From NCBI GenBank assembly GCA_043228905.1, contig JBHGNT010000014.1, forward strand, positions 16,988,001 through 17,052,000: DNA of 64,000 nucleotides, read 5' to 3'. This DNA comes from Azolla caroliniana. Lineage: Eukaryota; Plantae; Polypodiophyta. Positions 52,901 to 61,476 of the stretch are shown piece by piece; position 1 is the first letter of the stretch; every line of letters begins with the position of its first letter. The notes beneath the pieces were generated by a model. That model made no database searches. It worked only from the letters and a program-made list of their open reading frames with translations, and was not told the DNA's origin. The position numbers were made by a program, and so were the translations under genes.

Positions 52901-53594
52901 ATTATTTTCAAATTTATGAATGGACGAATAGAAATAAATGAAGAAGGTTTACAGTTTCACTTCATATTTTGGTCTCTAGTCAATAATATAACCTGACTCT
53001 TTTACCAAACAATTTCAGGTAGACGAATGTGGACAACTTAAACTTGGAGGTCTTTTAAAGGTTACAGGATCCTTCAATTCTAGTGGTATTGCCCTCTTAA
53101 CTAGTCTCGTGATTTATTGGAACCTTACACAGACATAAGTGGTATTGCTCTCTGAACTGTTTCAGCTGAAATTCGTGTGTATTCGGATGGATGCAAACTA
53201 TTGTATGAAAGATCATTCTCTTTGCTGAAGAGGTCACTTAAGTTAGCCTCAATGGTTAGCACGTGCTCAACACTTGTACAACTAATCGAGTTACACTGGA
53301 AGTTGGAATCTTATTGACTGCTGTGTTTAACTTTATCAGATACCAACTGAATGTCTTGTTGGTGACGTTCTACATGATATTGAAGTTCAGATAACCGATG
53401 AAAATGGCAATGTGGACAGGGAAATGAGTGGTATACCTCATATAATGACCTTGCTGTCTACAACTGAAGATTCATATCATCCTGTATATAATGGAACTTG
53501 CACAATTAGCACAATAAAGCTACCTAATGAAGCTGGTCCTTGGTGCTGTGATATCCGTCACATTGCATATGAAGAACTTCAGCTTCAATTCAAG
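10663..53594 (+). CDS. GMI1: GMI1/SMCHD1-like protein (GHKL ATPase; SMC hinge expected beyond window); 31 coding exons in window, 3' end missing
   Basis: Spliced product of 1173 codons, all phases consistent, no stops. Contains [80 protein letters not shown] and DTDAGFVPT, which I recognise from plant GMI1/SMCHD1. Confidence 0.9.
11120..13260 (-). mobile_element. Degenerate RTE-X-like LINE, antisense to gene
   Basis: Reverse complement of the family 3' end at ~11120-11260, plus decayed ORF2 pieces (HQLKIE...ESEEH; WYD motif near 13010). Confidence 0.7.
13490..13657 (+). mobile_element. RTE-X-like LINE 3' fragment, part left of the Copia
   Basis: Aligns to ~61240-61420 of the long LINE; resumes at ~19178. 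Confidence 0.8.
13710..19168 (-). mobile_element. Ty1/copia LTR retrotransposon, young, in intron
   Basis: 633-bp LTRs (13710-14342, 18536-19168) differing at one position by eye; CCACC TSD; tRNA-iMet PBS at 18524-18535; PPT at 14343-14350. Confidence 0.97.
14337..18432 (-). CDS. Copia Gag-Pol polyprotein with a single +1 frameshift in an A7 run near 14735
   Basis: [48 protein letters not shown] and HARTKHIE, in ORFs 14596-18432 and 14337-14723. Confidence 0.9.
19178..19535 (+). mobile_element. RTE-X-like LINE 3' end with duplicated terminus
   Basis: Family terminus GATGTAATCTC...TAAAAGACGTTAATATATCTTTC, followed at once by a second terminus (~19445-19535). Confidence 0.8.
19659..19691 (+). 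CDS. GMI1: GMI1-like exon 2
   Basis: [11 protein letters not shown]; AG/GT boundaries. Confidence 0.7.
19779..19865 (+). CDS. GMI1: GMI1-like exon 3
   Basis: DMWNVTP...TALADLL. Confidence 0.9.
20436..20491 (+). CDS. GMI1: GMI1-like exon 4
   Basis: [18 protein letters not shown] (GHKL motif I). Confidence 0.9.
20575..20658 (+). CDS. GMI1: GMI1-like exon 5
   Basis: [13 protein letters not shown] (GHKL DxGxG motif). Confidence 0.9.
20835..20907 (+). CDS. GMI1: GMI1-like exon 6
   Basis: GTMGSSSHR...GGDPPFLK. Confidence 0.9.
20993..21048 (+). CDS. GMI1: GMI1-like exon 7
   Basis: [18 protein letters not shown] (GHKL GxxGxG motif). Confidence 0.9.
21372..21477 (+). CDS. GMI1: GMI1-like exon 8
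   Basis: [14 protein letters not shown]...RVWK. Confidence 0.85.
22223..22291 (+). CDS. GMI1: GMI1-like exon 9
   Basis: TRGEYRDP...HGSFTK. Confidence 0.9.
23210..23296 (+). CDS. GMI1: GMI1-like exon 10
   Basis: VELS...[10 protein letters not shown]. Confidence 0.9.
23425..23475 (+). CDS. GMI1: GMI1-like exon 11
   Basis: [17 protein letters not shown]. Confidence 0.85.
23733..23856 (+). CDS. GMI1: GMI1-like exon 12
   Basis: [21 protein letters not shown]... Confidence 0.9.
24880..26365 (+). mobile_element. 5'-truncated RTE-X-like LINE
   Basis: High similarity to 60100-61680 ([14 protein letters not shown]..., TTTC tail). Confidence 0.9.
26784..26857 (+). CDS. GMI1: GMI1-like exon 13
   Basis: ...[15 protein letters not shown]; an in-phase alternative acceptor 9 nt downstream is possible. 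Confidence 0.8.
26944..27072 (+). CDS. GMI1: GMI1-like exon 14
   Basis: GKESID...[16 protein letters not shown]. Confidence 0.9.
27818..27908 (+). CDS. GMI1: GMI1-like exon 15
   Basis: QKLPFME...RVKAFI. Confidence 0.9.
27993..28027 (+). CDS. GMI1: GMI1-like exon 16
   Basis: [12 protein letters not shown]. Confidence 0.9.
28382..28454 (+). CDS. GMI1: GMI1-like exon 17
   Basis: [16 protein letters not shown]... Confidence 0.8.
28619..28798 (+). CDS. GMI1: GMI1-like exon 18
   Basis: VSIDIVR...[16 protein letters not shown]... Confidence 0.9.
28871..28950 (+). mobile_element. Ultra-short 3'-terminal copy of RTE-X-like LINE
   Basis: Only GATGTAATCTC...ATATATC plus the (TTTC)n tail. Confidence 0.8.
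29415..29607 (+). mobile_element. Old RTE-X-like LINE fragment interrupted by the gypsy element
   Basis: Ends ...GACCAAGACATTGCAAAGGGGA-TCCAG and continues after 44709. Confidence 0.65.
30066..30082 (+). promoter_or_regulatory. Second, oppositely oriented tRNA-Arg PBS-like site at the position expected for the PPT
   Basis: LTR-CA + CC + TGGCACGCCCATGGGAC; no purine tract on either strand here. Confidence 0.75.
30161..33140 (-). pseudogene. Extra ORF of gypsy element (~990 aa; Pro-rich and coiled-coil), one frameshift and one in-frame stop
   Basis: ORFs 32211-33140, 31181-32026 and 30161-31138 join via a frameshift near 32225 and an in-frame TAG at 31181-31183. Confidence 0.75.
33717..34263 (-). 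pseudogene. Integrase C-terminus of Athila-like element
   Basis: [19 protein letters not shown] continues QSALWA from 39363 across the Copia. Confidence 0.9.
34269..39357 (-). mobile_element. Ty1/copia (Ale-like, short LTR) retrotransposon, intact, nested in gypsy integrase
   Basis: Identical 192-bp LTRs (34269-34460, 39166-39357), GCCCA TSD, tRNA-iMet PBS at 39154-39165, PPT at 34461-34468. Confidence 0.97.
34468..38937 (-). CDS. Intact Copia Gag-Pol polyprotein (~1490 aa)
   Basis: Uninterrupted ORF with [48 protein letters not shown] and HDRTKHIE. Confidence 0.93.
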   Translation of the reverse strand: MDDVFSKLNEDEVKTLVKYMKQAEIVASGGVTGMQPPPRLELLPVEFKLDGPATYLSWSRRIIGALAGRSLDGYLTGEEKEPPMKTSNEWKAWRATHMSLYTWLLNSMIPSIATTVDGILSVKEIWEKLQKTYAGRGNNMRVFQIEQEIDAVCQGDRMVQEYAIELERLWAEYDHFSPVTVCNDPQCKSKEISAQRRTMQFLKHLNPSFDQRRAVLLAKAEIPTLDEAIATMIQEESRMKLLSDTTGLPGVRSALMVSNTSGSENRKCYNCGEAGHFKNACPKPSKEREYGGRGQTRGRGRGGRRGARGGYQANLMVAKEEEGTKVVFTEEDQALLEILRRKQRAADDTSFMSRGNTATYAYSATSTSNTNTLASTPEWIIDSGASRHVTGNASEFSSYTHLSMPESIQIADGTIQPVVGIGTVKCTDSVTLSNVLHAPSFPVNLLSISSIIHQLKCVVSFDIPKVIFQEKGTGRRLGTGTWHSGLWYLDREGLDSALASMVEGIDVRGSRMSYEDLLILHHQRMGHASYGILSRVYPHLFEKADKTKLVCDACEFGKLTKSSYASSGHRSSHAFDVIHSDVWGPCPTSSINGYRYFVSFIDCFSRVTWLYLMRKKNEVFACFKDFHRAVQTQYGAVVKVLRSDNGTEYANMTFRAYLSDQGIQHQTTCPYTPEQNGVAERKNRHLLEVTRSMMISMNVPKQLWGQAVLTAATLINRMPSRVLEWKSPCELLQGNNSGILPLKVFGCVCFVKDSRPSVGKLDPKAIKCVFVGYSATQKGYVCWSPVEKRLFVSMDVHFRESEPYYKQGVTSPFDDLIQTENMREGDNCERLLKIGSIPLLIPTSAEKEVSVGGTEEEGNEDEEPICVGTQVEGELKVYTRKRRQKDGNVNTSSAPHVPSSSMSRPASTSEIPTELPNLEITGDMISSPSPIEIRRTSRSNAGVPPDRYGFPHDIAQFISYSNISATHRAFIASLDSVTLPKCWQVAKEDPKWKAAMQEELGALEKNKTWEIVSLPPGKKAVGCKWVFTIKQTPEGKIDRYKARLVAKGYSQTYGIDYDETFAPVAKMSTVRTLISLAVNKDWKLHQLDVKNAFLHGELMEEVYMDVPPGFGTIQTVGKVCKLRKSLYGLKQSPRAWFDRLRRAMVGMGYQQTNADHTVFFRQHKDHTTLLAVYVDDIIITGNDEGEIAQLKMQLGKEFEVKDLGLLRYFLGIEVARGAEGVVLSQRKYVLDLLKETGMLGCRPVASPIDQKIKLTELAGEKVDRERYQRLVGRLIYLTHTRPDISFAVSVVSRYMHDPRKDHMDAVYHILRYLKGAPGKGLIFRKHGHFNIEGYCDSDWASCADDRKSTSGYCMFVGGNLVSWKSKKQSVVARSTAEAEYRAIAIGVAEMLWLRTLLVELKVNQENQMMLWCDNKSAISIANNPVQHDRTKHIEIDRFFIKEKLDNGILKLSHVSTEHQVADCLTKGLGPVSLTRLCDKMGLVDIFHPS
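39363..44062 (-). pseudogene. gag-PR-RT-RH-IN of Athila-like element, frameshifted
   Basis: [45 protein letters not shown] and WGLDFVGP. Confidence 0.9.
44235..44248 (-). promoter_or_regulatory. Primer-binding site, tRNA-Arg type
   Basis: TGGCACGCCCGGTG after a 5-nt spacer behind the 5' LTR. Confidence 0.8.
44715..45055 (+). mobile_element. Continuation of interrupted RTE-X-like LINE 3' fragment
   Basis: Family 3' region, ending GGTCTTGTAGGCCTTAAAAAGACG. Confidence 0.75.
45497..45652 (+). CDS. GMI1: GMI1-like exon 19
   Basis: ...[11 protein letters not shown]...FYAILEYIL. Confidence 0.9.
45736..45757 (+). CDS. GMI1: GMI1-like exon 20 (22-nt micro-exon)
   Basis: GNTKVIC(R); required to keep phase. 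Confidence 0.8.
45842..45950 (+). CDS. GMI1: GMI1-like exon 21
   Basis: [11 protein letters not shown]...SPDK. Confidence 0.85.
46746..46862 (+). CDS. GMI1: GMI1-like exon 22
   Basis: CEILHEAEW...PGRIDIL...GLDG. Confidence 0.85.
47570..48320 (-). mobile_element. Degenerate L1-type LINE 3' remnant (zf-RVT region)
   Basis: Minus-strand [17 protein letters not shown] near 48001-48056 and Trp-rich downstream fragments; limits approximate. Confidence 0.45.
48335..48403 (+). mobile_element. Ultra-short RTE-X-like LINE terminus
   Basis: TGTAATC...TATAGGCCATTTTGGCCTC...ATATATCTTTCTTTC. Confidence 0.75.
49991..50344 (+). CDS. GMI1: GMI1-like exon 23
   Basis: GLKCQVKAG...IYAVVR...GIHGFYSF...[11 protein letters not shown]. 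Confidence 0.9.
50703..50795 (+). mobile_element. Ultra-short RTE-X-like LINE terminus
   Basis: GATGTAATCTC...GGCCTCTTAAAAGACGTTAAT plus TTTC tail. Confidence 0.7.
51228..51364 (+). CDS. GMI1: GMI1-like exon 24
   Basis: IDDDG...[10 protein letters not shown]...PTVR. Confidence 0.85.
51525..51635 (-). mobile_element. Short antisense RTE-X-like LINE terminus
   Basis: GAAAGAAAGAT...CCAAAATGGCC...AAGAGATT is the reverse complement of the family end. Confidence 0.6.
51729..51903 (+). CDS. GMI1: GMI1-like exon 25
   Basis: [18 protein letters not shown]... Confidence 0.85.
51988..52090 (+). CDS. GMI1: GMI1-like exon 26
   Basis: ALKLTRGNL...MDIN. Confidence 0.8.
52624..52721 (+). CDS. GMI1: GMI1-like exon 27
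   Basis: VLPGEMSS...YTLQ. Confidence 0.85.
52792..52890 (+). CDS. GMI1: GMI1-like exon 28
   Basis: [12 protein letters not shown]...ERM. Confidence 0.85.
53019..53085 (+). CDS. GMI1: GMI1-like exon 29
   Basis: [17 protein letters not shown]. Confidence 0.9.
53166..53254 (+). CDS. GMI1: GMI1-like exon 30
   Basis: AEIRVYSDG...RSLKLASM. Confidence 0.8.
53340..53594 (+). CDS. GMI1: GMI1-like exon 31 (last seen in window)
   Basis: IPTECLVG...ITDENGNVD...LQLQFK|GT. Confidence 0.85.
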
Positions 53595-54049
53595 GTATTA
53601 TTTCTACTGCTTTCTGAGATTAGTGACATTCCTTTAGTATCTCTACAAACTTATGATTTCACTTTATGGTTGCTGGTACATCATATGTTGTCTTTAGTAG
53701 TAGTTTCTAGTTCTAGATATACTTACTTGTGAGTAAATGAAATTTTCTGTATGGAAATCATCTAGGATATCTCCCATAAAGCTGTTCAGGCTTGAATATA
53801 ATGCAGACTCTGTTCATGATCTCGATCTTCAATGCCATGTATGTAGTTGCTATCCTAAATGGCAATTGGAGTGTATCCCTTACAATGACGTAGAGCATCA
53901 TGAAAAGCAAGTACAGTGATGGTCATTGAATATAATCTACAATAATGCATGTGTATGTGTCAATGGAATAATAAATTCTTGATAATAACTTGCATCCCTA
54001 TATGAGTTGCTTCTGCATTAGAAATATCATTTTTCCATTCATTTCCTTG

Positions 54050-54400
54050 CCGGAGGCCCTGGCACCACGAACCACGACCTCACCACCCTTGTCATTATCT
54101 CCCACCATTGTAGGTGCTTCCCTCACTTCGGGGACCTCTCCATTCTGGATCGACCTATGCTAGAGATCTTTTGAAGACAAAAGTTATAATATATATAACT
54201 TGAGAATCTCACATGTGCTGAAAACCAGATTCTTTCATCTCTTTTTATCTTATTTACCTTTATATTTACTGAGGAATATTTATTTTATTTTGATTTGTTC
54301 TTCTGGAAGAGAAGACAACACTTAAGATGTAATCTCTTGTTTGGTCTTATAGGCCATTTTGGCCTCTTGAAAGACGTTAATATATCTTTGTTTCTTTCTT
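54050..54400 (+). mobile_element. RTE-X-like LINE 3' fragment
   Basis: Family 3' UTR with TTTC tail. Confidence 0.85.
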
Positions 54401-55735
54401 TGGTCTCAATACATTACCTAGAGAGATTTGGGGATCTGAGAGCATGCCTAGAGGGTATAGTCATACAAATATAACTATATGCTAATATCTGATTCTCTGG
54501 AGGATACTACGAGACATCTAAATATAGACAAAGATTTGTCAAGTAACATAGATAAAACTAAAGTGGCAATGTTTAACCGCATGAAAGCATGGGTTGCAAG
54601 AACAGAACCAGAATTCTTTTTGAGAGAGGAAAAGGTGGCATACACAGTCTCCTACACATGCCTAGGAGTAACATTCACTGGACATAAGTTCTCCTTATGG
54701 CATGCTGCTTGTGCTTGACTTTCTCTTGGATATGCAACTCTTGATGCTATTGGAAGACGATGTGTGCATTTTCAGTTCCAAGAGACAAGATCTAAACTAT
54801 GGCTATTTGATACACTTGTAAGGACGAGAAAATGTGGGGACCGAATCTTGACAAGGCAAATAATGGGAAAGATTTAGAGAGACCTTTAGTCTCAATGATT
54901 ACCCGCATGATAAGGAGCAAAGCATCGGGGCCCCATGATATAATCCGGGCAGAGATGGGAACAGCCCTTTACCAAGCATTGTTCCGATCAATGACCTGTA
55001 TCCAACATATTTGGGAGCTTCCTAAACGAAGGTACCCAAAGTTGGCACTTAAGATACGCTTTTTACACACATCGGAGGATGGATTCATCATTACACCATC
55101 TTATATGGTCATACATCTATCGTATGCGTTTTGCAGTGTGGTAGGGTAGCTGCAAATTTCATCACATCAGTTAGAGATTGAGCTAGTTGGATATGCACAA
55201 ATACCTCCAGAAGAATTTTTTTGCCTATTGTGTCATCAAGGAGTGGAGTCCGAAGAACATTATGTTTGTCATTGTAGTGTCTTTTATGAAATAAGAGTGA
55301 GATACCATTGTCTCTTTAAACAAGGGTTTGGCCCTCTACACAAGGTAATGGAATATGAGGACCAATGGTACCTAGAACTTTTCTTGCTATAACTCGAGGT
55401 ACAGGGAAAAGTTGTCGAAGGTCATGAGTACAACCGCACAAGCTTATCAACAAAGAACAATCACAACTCTCTTTAGCCCCATCACTTCTACTAATACAAC
55501 ATGTCAGTCAAGGGCTACACAAATGTGCTTTGATGCTTGACTAGGACATAACAAAGGGGTTACAATTGATTGGACTATAGCAATTTGTCGTGCACTTAGG
55601 CCTTGGTCCCATGGACCATGATCTCACCACCCATGTCATGGACAAATAAAGACCATTATCTCCCGCCATCATAAGTGCCTCCATCGTTCCAAAGACCTTT
55701 TCATTCTGGATCGACCTATGCTAGAGATTTTTCGA
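54401..55735 (+). mobile_element. Older truncated RTE-X-like LINE (RT end to C-terminus)
   Basis: Decayed LISDS..NIDKTKV, RMIRSKAS and ESEEHYVCHC segments. Confidence 0.85.
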
Positions 55736-56081
55736 TATATGATGATCTCACGATATCTATCAACATGTCATGTTATCATAACTTGACTGAACGCTGAAAC
55801 CCTTGATCATAAGTGCTTCCATCGTTCCAAAGCCCTTTTCGTTCTGGATCGACCTATGCTAGAGATTTTTCGATATATGATGATCTCACGATATCTATCA
55901 ACATGTCATGTTATCATAACTTGACTGAACGCTGAAACCCTTGATCATAAGTGCTTCCATCGTTCCAAAGCCCTTTTCGTTCTGGATCGACCTATGCTAG
56001 AGATTTTTCGATATATGATGATCTCACGATATCTATCAACATGTCATGTTATCATAACTTGATTGAACGCAGAAACCCTTG
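55668..56081. repeat. Tandem repeat, 3 x 138 bp
   Basis: Near-identical units start at 55668, 55806 and 55944. Confidence 0.95.
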
Positions 56082-56481
56082 AACTGGCAGGTGACTATGC
56101 TTTCACATGATTTCTCGTTACCCATGTTAGCATTCTCACTTCTGGTACCTCCAAGTGCTGTCACCAACAACCTTAATCGATTGACAGAACGTTCCGCTAT
56201 TGACACTTCAGAAAGCTTCTTTCAAGGTCTTGTCACTTTGGTGAACACTTGAGCCACGTGACATTTTCAGTGCCATGAAGCTAGACCAATGAGCCATTAC
56301 GCTTTCTTTGAAGGATTGCTACTTCAAAGCCCACCCCCTGGTTGTCATCTCTCAATCACTTCCTTTTTTACTAAGTGATTGCTTAAGGACCTTAGCGTAC
56401 GATCTGGGTTGTTCCATCACGACTTTGGATCTTAGCACCTGAAGTTTGTCTGTACAACCCATGGCCCGTATTCCTCCCTCT

Positions 56482-56513
<32 letters not shown>

Positions 56514-56724
56514 TGAGTGTAGGGTCCCGAGTGTAGGGTTTATGCTCTGCGTTTAGGGTTTTGGCTTTGTCTGTCTTTTCTGAAATGTCTGTCCTCTTTG
56601 TTTTCTGCAATGCCTGATCCTGTGCGTTCTCTTCCAAAGCTGATTTCCTGTGTCTTCTACCAACTCTGTTCCTGTATTCTTTCTGCCCCGTAGTAATTTC
56701 TATTCTTTCTGCCCTCAACACACC

Positions 56725-57804
56725 ATGGAGTCCGAAGGGACAGACACTGAAAAGATGGATCTTAACACGCATGACGAGGGTCCAGATCTATTGAAGACCA
56801 CAAGAAGATATCATAGACGAAAAGGACGGGACCTGAATAGCGTTAGAAGGGCGCATAAGGAACCTAGAACGCAGGTTCCATCTGACATTCCATTCGATGT
56901 CGAAGATGGGAAACATGATCTTTTACGCCATTTGATTGCGCAAGAGATCAACCGTATTAGAGAAGATATCGAAATAGCACTAAAGGAAGAAATGAAAAAG
57001 GAGATAGAGAAACAGAAATCAGAATTGTACGCCTCTATCAAGGCTGAGTTATTAGAAGAGATGCGGAAAGATATTATAGGCTGAGTTATTAGAAGAGATG
57101 TGGAGAAATCACACTTAGAGCTCAAGGATGACATGACACAATACCTTAAGGATGAAATATCCTCAAGTAAGGTTGAGCTAGGAGCTATAAAAGTGGATTT
57201 CGAAAAAGGACAAGAAGCAGTGGAAAGATGCATCTCTACAGTGAAAGCCAATGTCATGAAGGAAATGCAAACATGGGCAGACATCGCCAAAGATGCCAAA
57301 GCTCAAGCCGAGCACGCCCAAAACGAAATTGAAGCAAATGCTCCTTGGATAGAGGTAGTAAAAAAGCAAAAAGGAACATCCATGGATAGGATGGCAATGA
57401 TGAATGCTACTTTAGAAGAAGAAACCAAGAGGAAAGCTCGTACATTGCATTTCAGAGTGGTTGGTTGGGCCGAAAAGGGAAGTCCTCAAGAAGATGCCAA
57501 GAATCTCGCAACAAAGATTGGAGCATCGGATATTCCATTTGCTTCGGCGTGGAGAGTGGGAAGAGATGAGTCTAGAGCTAAAGCCCTTATCATCCGCTTC
57601 ATGGATATTGACAAGAAAAAAGGTTTCCTCTCTAAACGAAAGGCACTCAAGGGTGAAAAGATATACTTAGATGACGATCTCACTCCAAGCCAACTGGCAC
57701 ACCGCAAAGAAAACATGCCACGAGTGCTTGATGCAAGAAAGGTAGGTAAATGGGCCGTATATAGAGACGGCAAGGTCATTATTACAGAGAAGAGAACCGC
57801 ATGA
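56725..57804 (+). pseudogene. LINE ORF1 (coiled-coil plus RNA-binding-like C-terminus), one in-frame stop
   Basis: AWRVG..ALIIRF..IYLDDDLT; TGA at 57082 lies inside a 24-nt insertion. Confidence 0.8.
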
Positions 57805-57810
57805 CGATAT

Positions 57811-60800
57811 ATGGCCTATGAGACCCTACGCATGACCATATGGAATTGCAACGGCTCTCTACGGACAGATGTCGGATATTTTGAAGATACATTGAAAAAC
57901 ACAGATATTGCTATGTATACAGAGACTCACCAATGTATGGCTAGCAAACTCCCCGAGGTCCAAGGATACAGATGGGAGTCAATATGTCGCCCCCAACCTC
58001 GGACACAAGGAAGCACTAGAGGTTCTGGAGGAGTGGCTATGCTATACAAAGAGCTCCATGGTAGAGTGCATGTTGTACATAAGGATGTGGATGCACGCTA
58101 CATGTGGATATGCATAAAAAGAGGGGATCTTAGGGAGCTTTATATTGCAATTTGCTACTTTCCACCTGCCTATTCAAGGTTTGCACCTCTAGGTGAATCA
58201 CCATATCTACCACTATATGATGATATCATAAGATTTGCTACTATGGGGGATATAATACTATTAGGAGATTTTAATGCACGAACCAAGGATGAACAAACAA
58301 CTATATTTAACACCGACGAGGCTGTCTATGGAGAAGTTATGGTGGAAGAGGTTGGTCTAAAGAGAAAAGCTCAAGATATGAGTGCTATAACTGAATATGG
58401 AAAACACTTTCTAGCCTTGGGAAGCGCGCATGGACTTGTGATATACAATGGCTTGTCACAATGGCCTGGATCAAATGCTTTGAGATGTTGATTATCTAAT
58501 GGGATCTCCATCTCTTATACCTGAAATAAAAGTGTTCACTATATCGGGAAGACCTATTGGCTTGGCAGCTGATCATGCATATCTACGCTTTGAGGTAAAG
58601 GATGGATGCACAAAGGATGTATATGCTAAGGAGAGTGGGCTGGCTAGGTATCTATTCACTCGCGAGACAATTGATGTCTATAGTTGTGGTGTATACAATG
58701 GCATGCTAGATTTGGATCCTTTCGCACCCCTTGAAGAACTTACCCAAGGTTTATCCAAATCATTGCATAAAGCAGCCACAAAAGCCTTCCCTCACACAAC
58801 GGCTAATCCCCCCAAACTCGGTAGAGTAATACAAAATAGTTGGTATGATGATGAATGTCGTGATACAAGGAGATGCTTGCAACGTGATATAACTCGGGGC
58901 ATTTATACACACAACCACGCGAGAGCAACCTTCCAACGCCTCGTAAGGAGGAAGAAGAGATTGTATTTGGCTAAATTTGAAGATCATTTGTATCGCTTGT
59001 TTCTAGGACGAGAGAGTAAAAGAGCATGGAAAATGGTTAATGAGAGGCAACCCACCACACAACTGACCTCACCTCAGGTGTGGCACGAATATGCAAAGGT
59101 CCTATATGATACCCCGGGGCAACCTCCTCTTCCCCACCCGAATGCCTCACGCCCACATGAATCAACCTTCTTTACACCACAAAATCTAAGAAATGCCATT
59201 GATAGGCAACAATTCGGGAAGGCCCAAGATCATGATGGATTGGTGGGTGAACACTTTATCTATGCCCGTGACACCTTGCTCCCATTGCTAGCACACATCT
59301 TTAATAGAGCCATGTGCGAAGGTTTTCCTACTAGATGGACTCAGCATACCATTGTGCCAATCCTTAAGAGTGGAGACCCCATGATGCCAAGCAACTATAG
59401 GACAATCATGATTGGCCATTACTTGGCTAAACTATACGGCTCGATTCTTGAATCAGAATTGAGTATATTGGGCAGAGCAAAATGGCTGCCGTTCAATTGG
59501 ACAGGCAGGCTTTCGGAAGGGTTTCACAACTTTGGATCACATATTCACCCTCCGGACCCTTATTGAGGAGGGCAGAGCCCACAATAAGAGGATTTATTGC
59601 TGCTTTGTGGATTTTCGAAAAGCCTTTGACACTGTGCCACGTGCTCGGCTTATGCAGTGGCTAGAGGCCATTGGTGTTCCTATAGATATGCAATGGGCAA
59701 TCTATGCACTCTATGAATCTGTTTCAGGAAAAGTTCGGTCTCCTAAGGGCTTGTCAGAGGCGGTGGCTAGCACAATTGGCGTGAAGCAAGGATGCCCACT
59801 ATCCCCCACACTCTTCGGTCTCTATATAGATGAGGTATCACAGTACATAGAGAGATTTGGTGGTTCCGGAGCACACCTAGCAGGTATAGCTATACAGATA
59901 TTACTATATGCTGATGATATTGTGCTGATCTCTGACTCTCCGGAGGGACTACAAAGACATCTAAATGCCTTAAAACTATTTTGTACGGACAAAGGTTTGT
60001 CAATCAACATGAATAAAACTAAAGTGATGGTGTTTAACACCACCCAAGCATGGGTAACAAGATCAGAACCAGAATTCTTTTTGAGAGAGGAAAAGGTGGA
60101 ATACACACGCTCCTACACATACCTAGGAGTAACATTTACAGGACCTAGGTTCTCCTTACAGGAGGCCACTTGTGCTCGACTTTCTCGTGGATATGCAGCC
60201 CTGGGTGCTCTCGAAAGACAATGTGCACATTTGCAATTCCAAGAGCCACGGACTAAGCTGTGGTTGTTTGATACACTTGTCACATCAACTCCTCTATGGA
60301 GTAGAGACATGGGGACCGAGTCTTAACAAGGCAAATCATTGGAAAGATTTAGAGAGACCTTTAGGGTCAATGATTGCTCGCATGATAAGGAGCAAAGCAT
60401 CGGTGCCCCACGATATAATCCGGGCAGAGATGGGAGCAACACCTATAATAACTGAGGCATTGTTCCGATCAGTGACATTTATCCAACGTCTTTGGGAGCT
60501 CCCTAAACAAAGGTACCCAAGGTTGGCACTTATGTCATCAAGACAATTGGCTGAAAATGGAGACAGTCATTGTTGGTATGCTGAAATGCAGCAATGGTTC
60601 GAGTCACATGGCATGAGTATAAATGCACTACCCCCGTTCCAATATAGCTTGGACTGTCCCCATCTCAATATGACCAAAGTGGAAAAGAATAGAGTGATCC
60701 GAACTGATATTATTAACTTGGAAAACAAGATAACATGGATCAGCCCCAAAATAGCACTTGGTACAAAGATGGCCCACTATAAGACACACTTCTTACATAC

Positions 60801-61476
60801 ATCGGAGAATGGATTTGTCATAAGGCCACCTTATATGGACATACATCTATCCTATGCGCTGCGTAGTGTGATAGGGCAGCTGCGAACCTCATCACATCAG
60901 CTACAGATTGAGGTGGGCAGATATACACGACTACCTCTAGAAGAGAGAATTTGCCAATTGTGTCATCAAGGAGTGGAATCTGAAGAACACTATATTTATC
61001 ATTGTAGTGTCTTTTATGAAATCAGAGGGAGATACCATTGGCTCTTTAAACAAGGCTTTGGCCCACTACGCAAGGTAATGGAATATGAGGACCAAAGATG
61101 CCTAGGACTTTTCTTGCTCGAGCTCAAGAGACATTGGGAAAAGTTGTTGAAGACTACAGCCACACAAGCTCATCCACAAAGAACAATCACAAGTTTCTTT
61201 AGCTCCATCACTCCTAATGCTAGAAGTCAACCCCAGGATACAGAAATGGGATCTAGACCAGGATATAACAAAGGGGTTATGATTGATCGGGCAATGGCAA
61301 TTTGCCGTGCACGTAGGCCCCAGCCCCATGGACCACGACCTCGACACCCTTGTCATCGACAAATAAAAGCCATTATCTCCCGCCATCGTAGGTGCTTCCC
61401 TCGCTTCGGAGACATTTCCATTCTGGATCGACCTATAATAGAGATCTTTCGGAGACAAAAGCTACAATACACCTAA
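57811..61476 (+). pseudogene. LINE ORF2 (AP endonuclease, RT, C-terminal CCHC), three frameshifts
   Basis: WNCNGS, ETH, GDFNAR, ADH; FVDFRKAFD, GVKQGCPLSP, YADD; CQLC..EEHYIYHC. Breaks near 58490, 59470 and 60290. Confidence 0.92.
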
